DNA of 63,271 nucleotides, filler included, from Olpidium bornovanus S191 (Eukaryota; Fungi; Olpidiomycota): NCBI GenBank assembly GCA_017911155.1. It is 30 parts of 30 records of this genome, joined end to end, with 100 filler letters (N's around TTAATTAATTAA, not from the genome) between each part and the next. Parts side by side here need not be neighbours in the genome. Positions count along the whole stretch, not along the records: positions 1 to 1,268 come from JAEFCI010006938.1; positions 1,369 to 2,561 come from JAEFCI010010040.1; positions 2,662 to 6,555 come from JAEFCI010000470.1; positions 6,656 to 8,414 come from JAEFCI010011585.1; positions 8,515 to 9,893 come from JAEFCI010011158.1; positions 9,994 to 12,842 come from JAEFCI010006552.1; 24 more parts are not named here. One strand, 5' to 3'. Shown piece by piece: positions 1 to 10,716 of this stretch (position 1 is its first letter; each line of letters starts with the position of its first letter). The notes under the pieces were generated by a model. It saw only the letters and a program-made list of their open reading frames with translations, ran no database searches and was not told where the DNA came from. The position numbers and the translations under genes were made by a program.

Positions 1-1268
1 CATGCGGACGATCTATGCCGACGTTTCACAAAGCAGCGAAGCCGGCCGGAGAGACGCCGACTGAGATGAGACCCCGGAATCATTTGTCCGTCCCAGAATA
101 CCCAGTTGGAAACTCTGGATCGTATACAGGTGCGGCACCTTCTGCTGCGTGCGGACGCGCAGGTGCTTCCGTCAAAAAACGACAGCGTGACCATTAGCCG
201 CGCGGATCCGAAGCAGAACCGTCATCGACTATGGCATAATTGGTTTAAATTCTACAATAAAAGCTCTTGTAACGTTGCATGTTACGGTATTGGGCGAAGC
301 ACTCTAAATGGCGCTGAAGCTGGTTCCGTATGGACCGCTCGCAAGCCAGCAGACCGCAATCTCTATGCTTCGGAGTGGGCGAAGGGGAGGGGTAAAAGGG
401 GGGGAATGTAGCTAAAGGTGACGGTTCGGACCAGTCCTATGGGAAACAACCGTCCGTACTTGTATTACCAACGCGGCGGTAGGATTGATCGATCGCCAAG
501 GCAAAATCTACAGATTACATTTTTTTACATATCCTTCCTGACGATAAATTTCCCGATCCTGTTCATCATGGGCTGGTCTCGTGCATGCTGTCAAGTCTTT
601 CGCTTTTCGCGGGGGAATCACTGTGAATGGGGGAAGGGACATGTTGAGCTGCTCGTCGCCTGCTTCGTGCGGGGGTGTAGGCCAGAGCAATCAGAAGAGG
701 AGAGTGCCTCGCCACACAGATGGACAAACAGCCAACATTTTTGAGTTAGACAGCCTGCGTGTCGCTGAAATGTCCAGCCTGACGATCAAGCGCCAGATCC
801 TGTCCATGATGGCCGAGTCTCAGGCAACTCTGTCATGGCCTCTAGGAAGAACGGCAGCGTAGGGTCGGCGAGGTGCCACCGGGCGTCTTTCGCGCCAGAC
901 CGCTCTCGCTTGACGCCGGCGCCCGCTGTTCTTGCGCTCCGGGGTTGACCCCGGAAACTGTTCCGCCCCAGAGGACCCAGATCACGTGCCAGGACAGCAG
1001 GAGAAACGCACCGAGAGTCGCGAAGAACCCAACTGTTGCCCCGCCCGCCGCGGACGCAGCCGCGCCGAGCACCAGCGGAAACAGGACGCGTGGTGGCTCG
1101 TGGATGTCGTCAAGTTCTCTACCGCGCGCCTCTCTGGTTGTAATCCCCGGAAAGACAAGGAGGGCGCCGTGCGCCCCGCCGTCGCACCAAAGAGAGAAAC
1201 TCGCATCGAGCGAACGCGAAAATGGAGAAGGGAAGCGCCGCGGCCGCAGGGAGCGGCGGCGGCGGAGG

Positions 1269-1368
1269 NNNNNNNNNNNNNNNNNNNNNNNNNNNNNNNN
1301 NNNNNNNNNNNNTTAATTAATTAANNNNNNNNNNNNNNNNNNNNNNNNNNNNNNNNNNNNNNNNNNNN
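1269..1368. other. Artificial contig spacer (N44-TTAATTAATTAA-N44), first of 29
   Basis: 100-nt N block with a central all-frame stop linker. The same block recurs at 2562, 6556, 8415, 9894, 12843, 17702, 19523, 20626, 24092, 26457, 28852, 30006, 31292, 32423, 33912, 36472, 38818, 40213, 42970, 44074, 46062, 47683, 49087, 50742, 51895, 54944, 57542 and 59566. Confidence 0.99.
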
Positions 1369-1481
<113 letters not shown>

Positions 1482-1665
1482 AAAAAAAAGAAACTTCCCC
1501 CCCGACCCGCTCCCCTGACGAAACAGCCGAATCGAAAAATTTCCCCGCCCCCGCCGCCGCCCCCCGGGCACCCCCCCTCCTCCCTCCACCTCCTTCCCAC
1601 ACCCGAGCCAAAACAAAAAAACAAAAAAAAAAAACCAACCGACCCCAAGTCTGCCGACCCCAGCC

Positions 1666-2310
1666 ATGCCGCTCGCCGCCCGCGCAGTCCTCGCCCGCGG
1701 CTTTTTTGCCTCCTCGGCCGCGCGCCTGTTCCACTCGGCCGCCGCCCAGAAGGCTGCGCGCGCCGTGTACCTGATCAGGGACGTGCCGGAAACCGTGACG
1801 CTGGCGGACGTGAAAAAGGCCTGCGAACCCTTCGCCTGCCAGCAGGTGGAGCTGAAGGTGAGAGTGGGTTGGCCGTCCTGGACTTCTCCCCTTCTTCTCC
1901 CCCGCTTCCTCCTCTTATCGTCATCCCCGGAAGAGGGAAACGTTCTCGCCCTTGAAAGAGAGGAAAGAAAGAAAACGAAATAAGTTTGCCTTGTTCGTGA
2001 GCCCGCCGCTGACGGGCCACTAACTGCGCTTGAAAACCTCCCCCCCCCCTGGCCTTTTTTTATTTTTCCCCAGTACGTCGTCAACAAAAGCGAAGACGGC
2101 TCCGCGAAGTGCAACACCTACGCGTTCGCCCACCTCACGCACCCCGACGGGCGCTTGTTCGCGGTCAACGAGGAACCCGTCGCCGCCGCCCTCAAAGACC
2201 GGAAGCTGGGGGGCAACCCTTTCGAGCCCGTGCGCTGCACGTGGCGGGGCCGTTATGTCTCCAGCTCGGTTGGCAAAAAAAAGTCGGCCGCCAAGGCGTC
2301 TGTCGCGTGA
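1666..2310 (+). CDS. Small two-exon protein with a predicted mitochondrial presequence and an RRM-like domain
   Basis: Exon 1 (1666-1857) MPLAARAVLARGFFASSAARLFHS...VYLIRDVPETVTLADVKKACEPF. GT-AG intron 1858-2073. Exon 2 in frame, YVVNKSEDGSAKCNTYAFAHL...KASVA*. Arg/Ala/Ser-rich N-terminus, plus RNP2-like (VYLIRDV) and RNP1-like (TYAFAHL) motifs. Confidence 0.65.
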
Positions 2311-2661
2311 GACGGTCGAGGACAATTTCTTTTCTTTTTTCGGCTGCCCGAAATAAAAAATAATTGATAAGTTTTGTAGTCCCGGCGTTAAGGACCTCCG
2401 TGCCGAAGTCGTGTAACCTTAAAGGGCTGGCACTTTTGGCTGGACGGTTTTTGTTGGAAACCAGTTCCCGGTGGCGATGTAGCGCATTTTTTTTTCGGGG
2501 AAATTTGTGCAAGGCATCTCTGGGAAAGGGAAGGGGGGTGTCTCAGCAAAATCTCATGGTTNNNNNNNNNNNNNNNNNNNNNNNNNNNNNNNNNNNNNNN
2601 NNNNNTTAATTAATTAANNNNNNNNNNNNNNNNNNNNNNNNNNNNNNNNNNNNNNNNNNNN

Positions 2662-4048
2662 CCACCGCCATGCGAAGGAGACCAAAGGGCGTCTGCATCG
2701 CCGTGAGATCCCAGCTTTGCTCTTCCAATTGGAATTGGTCGTAGCCACTGTATAGGTCAGCGAAGCTATAAATGGCGCACCCCGCGAACTCATCCACCAC
2801 CTTGTCGACCAAGGGTCCGACACTAGCATTCCTGATCGTGACTGCATTGAGTGGTTGGCAATCTTGAATGAATCGCAACCCGCCGTCCTTCCTTTTGACC
2901 GTGAACCACCTGCAGGCGTACGGCCCCCCCCCCAGGCTCGAAACCCCTTCGAAGCCAGCCGGCGCTTCAAGAGGTCGTCAAGTTGGCCTTTCAGAGCGCA
3001 AGGCACGCCCACAGGCTTGAGCTTCCACGAGATATGCTCGCTCGTGAAGACAACCATGGGTGCGACAACGGCAGGATCGACGCATCCAATTTCAGCGTCG
3101 CAGAAAGCAAACGCACGACCATGGCGGCTGAGAATTTCTCGGAACGCATCCTCCTCCTGTGCTGTCAGCAACCCGTCGCCCCCCACTCGCAGGCAAGCCA
3201 GGGTCGCAGGCGTGAAGGTGTGACTGATCGAGGCCGGATCTCGCAGCCTGGGCTCCTTGCGGGCATTCTCGATGCGTTCAGCTGCTCCGGGTGGAAGGGC
3301 CGCAGCAACAGGCCGTATCTTCTTGTCAACCGTCTTGTACAGCATAGCGACACGCGCAGCGGGCCTGGGGGAGACCGCCGAAGAAGGACTCAAAGGCGCC
3401 TTCGGAGTCCCCTCCGAAGCCTAACTCGAAACATCTTCATCCTCGCTTTGCTCACTGGGTCACTCGGTTCGTCGCTAATGGGCTGCCCCCCTCCCGAGTC
3501 TAAAGGGCAGCCTGCCAAAAATGCTCGGAAGCACCTTCCACATCCGCGTGATGCAACTTTTCACGCAACGTGGCCAGGGCCCATGATGGCCGGTACCGTA
3601 GGTAGGATCGGTGCCGGGGGTCAGTCGGACTCACAACGCGAAATTCCACGGTACGCTCATCGTCAGGAGACTGAATACGGCAGATCTCAGTCCTGTCATC
3701 CCTCCAGATGCTCGTGTATCGGAGATGAGCCCTCCACGGTTGTCCCAGGATGAGGTCATATCCGAGCTTATGCTGGACAAACACGTGATGTCTCGTAAGT
3801 AAGTCCCCAGTAACGAGCGCGACATTTGGGCACGCTCCGTAGATCCCGTCCTTAGCCAGCGCAGTGTGCAGTGTCCACCCAGGTGATAATATCGTTTGCC
3901 ACCCTGCCGCTTCCGCCAGCCATTGTTCGGCGATGTTGATCTCCGACCCAGAGTCGACAAGTGCCATCACCGACCGCTGAAGAGCAGGAACGTAGATCTT
4001 TGTCTCGGAGGCCGGTCGGGCCCACAGCGACTCGCTGGCCCTATGCAC
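2662..4048 (-). mobile_element. Degenerate Ty3/gypsy pol: aspartic protease and N-terminal reverse transcriptase
   Basis: Protease motif ALVDSGSEINI, then LYKTVDKKIRPV, and RT motifs FADLYSGYDQFQL and TAMQTPFGLLRM. These lie in different frames (frameshifted) and are cut by the contig end. Confidence 0.9.
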
Positions 4049-4480
4049 CGAGGCTTTTCAACCCAAGTCCTGAATTGAGCCAGTACAGGTACTAAGCGGT
4101 GGGAAACTTGATTAGCAGGTATCCATGAAAGCTGCGCTGGTTTTGGGTTTTTCGGCCCTTCCCTCAACCGATTGCTCACCTTTCTCACACGCCCTTGCCT
4201 CTGTAGCTTTGGTCCGCTTTGCTGGGCGGTTCACTTCAAGTTCTGAATTGAACCCATGATTGTATAGGGAGAAAGTCTTGCCGCGGTTTGTACTTTTCTC
4301 CCTATTGCCTGTATACCTGTCTTTGTGGGCAACAGCGGGTGTCCAGGAAACTTACATACTTTTTTAACCGGGTGGTACTTGACGGCCAGAAGTGGGGACC
4401 GGCGACAGACGGGCAACGGGCGACGGACTGGCAACTGGCGACGGAAGGGTTTCGGGCAACGGACGGGTTTCGGGCAGTTT

Positions 4481-4518
4481 CCGTATGTTGCCGGGGTTTT
4501 TTTTTGGTTTTTGGTGGG

Positions 4519-4553
<35 letters not shown>

Positions 4554-4660
4554 GGGGGGGGAGAGCTGAAGGCTGGCGCCGCCGCCGGGCACACCGGCTG
4601 GGCCCACCGGGGCCTCCTGCCGGCCGGGCACGCCGTGCCCACCGCCGGTCGGGCACACCG
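4481..4660. repeat. Dispersed GC-rich repeat, copy 1 (GCCGGGCACAC-rich)
   Basis: T-rich/TTTGGTGGGC, then G-run, then GGCGCCGCCGCCGGGCACACCGG; the same order recurs at about 5685-5870. Confidence 0.55.
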
Positions 4661-5684
4661 TGCTGACGGCGAGAAGCTTTTAACCCCCCGAGAGCTTTTA
4701 ACCGAGAGTTGACGGCGAGAAGCTTTTAACTCACACCCTTCTCAGGGTAGTGTAAGGAATCGGCGAGTGGCATGACTCATGTGGTGTATAAAGGGGGTGG
4801 CAGGCCAAGCGATTGGTGAAACAAAAAAAAAATTTCAATTCCCTCCCCACAGTCCTCCCGCTTTTCCTTCCCACCCCCCAACGATTCATAATGGTCGTCC
4901 CTCCTCGAGTTGACCCTGCCACTGGCCCCCACGCTAACGGCATGGAACCGAGAGCAGCTTGATCGACTGGCAAGTTATCAATCAATGGGTGATCAATCCA
5001 TCAATGGACGATCAATTGATTAATGGGGGATTGATGGGGGTTCAATCGAACGATGGGCGATCGATTGATCGACACGATTATCGATCGATTGGAAGATGTG
5101 TGTTGCTGACCGATGAGTGTTTTGACAGGTCTCGCGCTTTCCGCAGCGCTTTGACTCTCTCGCCGGGCGTTGGCTGAGAGAGCACATGGGGCTCCTGACG
5201 AGTACCCAAACCACGATGTTGGTTTGCGACAGTATGGCGTACTTGTTTCTTGTCTATTGATACCGTGACTATCTCCCATCCAGTCGATATGTTGAGATGA
5301 TGGAGCTTCACCAACAGATCAACCATTTACTAAACTGGCTAGAGGGCCGGCCCCGGAACTTCCGGGTGGAAACAACGGCCGCCTTTCCTCACGCAGAGCA
5401 GTCGGCGAACCCTGTGGATCGACGGTACCATCGCTCACCGGGGTCCGTGAACACCCCAAGCCATGATGGGGTATACTCGTGGACAGTTCGTGGCGTACTT
5501 TACCACCAGCACGTGTAATAGATCGTTTGGGGAGAGGGATGGGGTGTTGTGACACGACTCTGGAACCGGCCTGGGTAGGTACCTGTGTGTCCGGCGGTGT
5601 GGCTTCAAAGTCGGCCTCCATGTTCAAACCTTGCTAAAAGGGGAAAAAGCGACGGGCTGGGCGAGGCGGGGCGGGGCGGGGCGG

Positions 5685-5870
5685 GGTTTCCAAGGTGTTT
5701 GTTTTTCTTTTTTGGTTTTGGTGGGCCCGGGGGGGAGGGGGTGGGGGGGGGCCGGGCGGGAAAGCAAAGCCGAAGGCGAGCAACCGGGCGCCGCCGCCGG
5801 GCACACCGGGGCCCGCAGCCGGGCACACTGGGCGCGGCCCCCGGGCACACCAGGCCGGGCCGCCGGCCCT
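5685..5870. repeat. Dispersed GC-rich repeat, copy 2
   Basis: Shares TTTTGGTGGGC, the G-run and GGCGCCGCCGCCGGGCACACCGG, plus further GGGCACAC units, with 4481-4660. Confidence 0.55.
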
Positions 5871-5919
5871 ACGCTGTCAGAGCTGATGACAGGAGCACGC
5901 ACCCCTGAACAAAATGCCA

Positions 5920-6320
5920 GTGTAGTACCAATAATATTCATTACTACCCAAACCTGGTTGCTTGCAACCAGCAAGCAAGACCAAAGCGAGAAATTTTAAA
6001 ACTTCCCACACTTATAGTACTCCTCGTGGGCTTTCCAACGAGGCAGAGCACTGCCAGATCCAATCACAGGATGCTGAGAACGCAGCACCTGAAAAATCTG
6101 GGAAAATAGTACTAATAGTATTCCTGTCACCCCAAACCTGATCACTTGCCTCCAGATCAATGTAGAAGATTTTGAAATTCAGCACACTTATAGTACTCGG
6201 CGAGACCCACCAATGAAAACTAAAGCAATACCAGATATAATTGCAGGACATTGAAAATGGGCCCTTCGAAAAAATTAGTACTTATAGCATTAACTTTAAC
6301 CCAAATTGATCACTTCACAC
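5920..6320. repeat. Degenerate AT-rich tandem repeat (about 88-bp monomers, about 175-185-bp dimer)
   Basis: TAGTAC anchors at about 5925, 6016, 6110, 6191 and 6279. CACACTTATAGTACTC occurs twice; CCCAAA(C/T)(C/T)TG(G/A)T occurs three times. Confidence 0.55.
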
Positions 6321-8580
6321 CAGCCAATGAATAGTAGACTTTCTCCAAATGCCTCTTCTCCATTTTGAACCGGGGTCAGCCTTTACTCCGCGGCACCACT
6401 GTATTAACTGCCCAGTGGGCTGACGTGCAAAAGTTGGAGGTAAATGTTTAACCCCTGCCCAGCGTCGGAATATATTTATTCAAATAGGATGCTCGCATAA
6501 ATATATTATTCAAATGAGTTAATGTTGTCTACCTAATTTAATTCTCCCATGGGTCNNNNNNNNNNNNNNNNNNNNNNNNNNNNNNNNNNNNNNNNNNNNT
6601 TAATTAATTAANNNNNNNNNNNNNNNNNNNNNNNNNNNNNNNNNNNNNNNNNNNNTCCAATCGTCGTCGCCACGACAGCACCGAGCCGGCCGGTGCCGAG
6701 AGTTAACGGTCGTCTGCGTCCACCCCAGAACGCTGAACTACGCCGAGCCCGACGAAAACAAAGAAGTGGAAAGAGGTTGGCGTGGCAACTGCAGACGGAC
6801 GGAGACCGTCTGCCACACCTCAACGAGTGGAACGCGCCTGACGAGCTTCTCCCGGCGATAAAACGAATTTGCCGAATTTTTCGGCGGAATTGGGGCTAGA
6901 CCCATGCGCAAATTCGGACAACACATAACTGCGGTCGTCTTGATAATACTACATTCACGAATGCTATCACCTTGAAACATTGGAATAAAATCGTATTCGC
7001 ATACGTTATTCCGCCCTATTGTCGAAGTATCATCAAGCAAAATGGCGTCGAGACAGCTTCCAACCTAAATCTTTTAATCAACAGAGAAGTGTCACAAGTC
7101 ACCACCAAAAGAAACGTGGAAGCGACTTTAGTTTCGCCCCGTTCAATCTGAGCAGAAAGCCACTCGCCAATTACTCGACAACAAGAGCTCCCTTTGCCTT
7201 CTGAAAAAACATGATAACTTCCATGTGCCCAAAAATAACTAATAACACAAGCACGACAGGGGAAACGGTCGCGCGGCGAGGGTGTATATTGGATGGGCAT
7301 ATTCGAGTGGTGTGCGTTGTGTTTTGCCCGGGCAGGGTGCGTGGAGAGACAAATGTGACCAAGCAAATCCTACTCTAGCCCCGCGATATACCTCGCTTGC
7401 ATGCTGACAGGCTCTTTCAGAGTCTCAATCACATCCCCTCTCGGCGTCGAGCACTTCCGCGTTGCGTCGCAAATTACAGGGGCACCACAAATGCAGATTT
7501 CCCACAAGTTCGACCAGTCAACGTTAGCGGCCCACCGCGCATAATTCGCTAGCTACCAGTCGATATTTCCCGCGGACTTTGCCCGATTTGCGAGAACCCC
7601 AAGATGCAAAAGCGAACTGTCCCTCCGCCGCGATCCACGTGGTAGACGCTCGAAACAGGTCGGGTTTTCCAGGAAAAGAAAAAGAAAAAAAAAAAAAAAA
7701 AAAAAAACAAAAAAAAGAGCCGGGGCAGGCGGGTGTGGTGGATGGGGCGAATGAGGGGAGGGGGGAGGGGGGGAGCCGGAGAAAGGAAATTTTCCCCGCC
7801 GGCGCGCGCGCCCTGCTGAAGGGGAAAATTTGGTTTTTTTTTTATTGATTCTCGTATTTCGCCCGAAATAACGGAGACGAAAACCGTTTTTTCTTTTTCT
7901 TTTTCTTTTTGTTTCACCCCGCGATTACTCCCCGCGCCCCACCCGCCCGCCCGACCAGAACAAGAACAGACAGAAGCCCGCGGCGCTTTTGGACGCGAAG
8001 CGGAACACAACGTGCGGCAGAGAATATGAACAGGCGAATCCTACTCCAGCCTTGCGATGTACCTCGCTTGCACGCCGACGAGCTCTTTGAGAGTCTCATT
8101 TACCTCCCTCTGGGCGGCGAGCGGTTCCGCATTGCGCGTCTGTGCTTCGCGTGGCGCGACTCCTGAACACGGTTAAGCTCCCGTTGCACCTCAAGAAGCT
8201 CCATGGTCCGCGTGTGGAAGCCCCGCTAGGTTCATGGGATGGAAGCCTTTCAGCAACAGCAGGGAACCGGCCAAATGAAACCGAGTGATGGTGCATGATT
8301 TACTCTGTAAAATTGAAGAGTCTCGGCGCAACTCTCGTTTCTGCACACGCTGGCATCAGCCTCTGCCTGCAAATTGTCCTTTTGGCCCGGCCGAAGGAAA
8401 AGGTTCCAAGGTAANNNNNNNNNNNNNNNNNNNNNNNNNNNNNNNNNNNNNNNNNNNNTTAATTAATTAANNNNNNNNNNNNNNNNNNNNNNNNNNNNNN
8501 NNNNNNNNNNNNNNCAGTACGAGCGGGCAAGGATGTGTCGGGATGCGTGGGATGTACCAAAAAAAAAGCAGGTCTCTAGC

Positions 8581-8954
8581 TGTTCTGTGAATCGCGGTAC
8601 ACTACAGTTCTCCTTTTGGCATTTTTTCAACATGGAGGCTCTGGCTAATCCGTCGAAGAGCACTGTTCTGTGAATCGAGGTACGCCACAGTTCTCCTTTT
8701 GGCACTGTTTCAACATGGAGGCTCTGGCCAATCCGTCGAAGAGCACTTCATGTGAATCGAGGTACGCCACAGTTCTCCTTTTGGCACTGTTTCAACATGG
8801 AGGCACTTTTTCAACATGGAGGCTCTGGCTAATCCGTCGAAGAGCACTTCATGTGAATCGAGGTACGCCACAGTTCTCCTTTTGGCACTGTTTCAACATG
8901 GAGGCTCTGGCCAATCCGTCGAAGAGCACTGTTCTGTGAATCGAGGTACGCCAC
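8581..8954. repeat. 83-bp tandem minisatellite, about 4.3 copies
   Basis: Unit TGTTCTGTGAATCGAGGTACGCCACAGTTCTCCTTTTGGCACTGTTTCAACATGGAGGCTCTGGCCAATCCGTCGAAGAGCAC, repeated head to tail with few variants and one internal duplication of about 19 bp. Confidence 0.95.
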
Positions 8955-9773
8955 AAAGCGTTTAAGGTACGGTGTCGAGGCAACGGGTATCGAGACGACA
9001 TGCTTACGAAATGCTTACGAAATGCTTATGCCGCCCTGCGTCTCTCCAGAAGTGTGGCGCCCATGCGTTTTCGCGTCCCAGATTCAATTTATCCGCCGGC
9101 GCAGGGTGGGGGGGGTCCCTCCTGGAACGCGTGGTGTCCCCCTGGCGGGGCGGGGCACGGAAAATTTTTTTTTTTTTTGGGGGGGGGGGGGGGGGGGAGT
9201 GAAGGAGAGGGGTGGGAGAGAGAGAGAGAAAGAAGGGGGGGAAGGGGGGAAGAAGGAGAGAGGAGGGGAAGGGGAAGCGGTCGGATTTTTCCGATTCAAA
9301 TTTCCGCGCGAAATTTACATAATTTCCGCCGCGCCACGGGGCCAAACGCAGCCCTTAAACGGGTAAGACGGCCCTCCCGCTGCGGATCGATCGATCCCTT
9401 TCGGGACCTGCGCAGCGCGCTCAAAAAGGACCCCCCGCCCACACTTGCCAGCGTCAAACCCTCGCTCAACACGTAACGCTCAACACGTAACCTTTGAGGA
9501 TCTGGTATCCTCGCCTTTCGCTTTTCCTCTTATTGAAAAGCATCGCCTTTTGCTCTCTTTCTGGTATAGGAGCGCATCTCCCCGTTGAGTGTTGTCTGCC
9601 GCCGCCCCGCGTGGTTGACCGAGTTTTTTTTTTGTTCCGCGCGAAGTGAGCGGACAGAAAAACGCGAAATTCTAAATGGACGTCGCCCCCACCGACCCAA
9701 ACAATCCCCCCCCACCCCCCCCCTCCCCCAACCCAACGCAGGCATTTCATCTTTAATTCCCTATTACTCCAAC

Positions 9774-9893
9774 ATGCGCGCCAAGATAATTCTTGGAGGA
9801 CTTACCTTGTTCGCTGCGGCGGCCGTCGGCGCGCCTGCCTCAGCTAACATCGGCAACGTCGGGAGTGGCATAGCTAGCACCGTGCGGAGCCCA
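9774..9893 (+). CDS. N-terminus of a putative secreted protein (cut by contig end)
   Basis: MRAKIILGGLTLFAAAAVGAPASANIG: basic N-region, hydrophobic core and small-residue cleavage-like site; A at -3 of the ATG. Confidence 0.55.
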
Positions 9894-10259
9894 NNNNNNN
9901 NNNNNNNNNNNNNNNNNNNNNNNNNNNNNNNNNNNNNTTAATTAATTAANNNNNNNNNNNNNNNNNNNNNNNNNNNNNNNNNNNNNNNNNNNNCATGTGC
10001 GTTTTCTTCTGTCCTCCTGTGAGGGGTTGGGCGCGTGCGCGCCTGTGCGAAAAAAAAAAAAAAAAAAAGTCACAACTGCCTCTTACCGCAACGCCGGCGC
10101 CCGGCGAGGGGGAAAATCAAATTGGGGGGTTGTTTAGGAATAGAAAAAACACGAAAGTGTGCGCGCGGGGTTGACACTCGCACCGCACACCCTCCCCGCC
10201 CGCAGGGTGCCTCACACGCCGCCACCCACATCCCCCCATCCGCCGGCTGGCCGGGCTCT

Positions 10260-10360
10260 CTGTCTTTCCTTCTCTCTCTCTCTCACTCTCCCTTTCTATT
10301 CTCTCTGTCTCTTCTATTTCTCTCTCTCGGATCTCTCTCGGATCTCTCCCTCTGTCTCTG

Positions 10361-10403
<43 letters not shown>

Positions 10404-10550
10404 CCTCTCGTTTCCCTCTCTCGCTGTTTCTCATCCTCTTTCTCTCAGATCTCTTTCTCTCAGATCTCTTTCTCTCCCTTTCTCTTTCTCTCTCTCGCTC
10501 TCTCTCCGCTTCTTCTTTCGTTCTCTCCTTTCTCTTCCCCAAGGAACGCC
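10260..10550. repeat. (CT)n-rich microsatellite region upstream of the ankyrin gene
   Basis: Long interrupted CT dinucleotide runs. Confidence 0.85.
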
Positions 10551-10716
10551 GCTCCCCCGCTTCCTCGCCTGCCCGCCCGCTGTCTCGTCTCTCGCGTCGG
10601 CGTGTTTGCTCATTTCGCCCTCGCCCGCAACCGCCCCCTCCAGCCCTGCCCGCCGAGGAAAACGGCCCCGGCGAGCCCATCGCTGTCGCGGGCCCCCCTC
10701 GCTTTGGCCAGACGCA

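Noticed and set aside
1313-1324. TTAATTAATTAA palindrome repeated 29 times at irregular spacing
   Set aside because: Always centred in a 100-nt N block; it is an artificial all-frame stop linker.
5467-5510. GVYSWTVRGVLYHQ resembling a Helitron Rep N-terminal motif
   Set aside because: One short motif; the expected downstream residues and any Rep or helicase motifs are absent.
6656-7300. Possible chromodomain or retroelement remnant
   Set aside because: No frame gave a convincing motif set.
8581-8954. CRISPR-like array
   Set aside because: Whole units repeat with no unique spacers, there are no cas genes and the context is eukaryotic.
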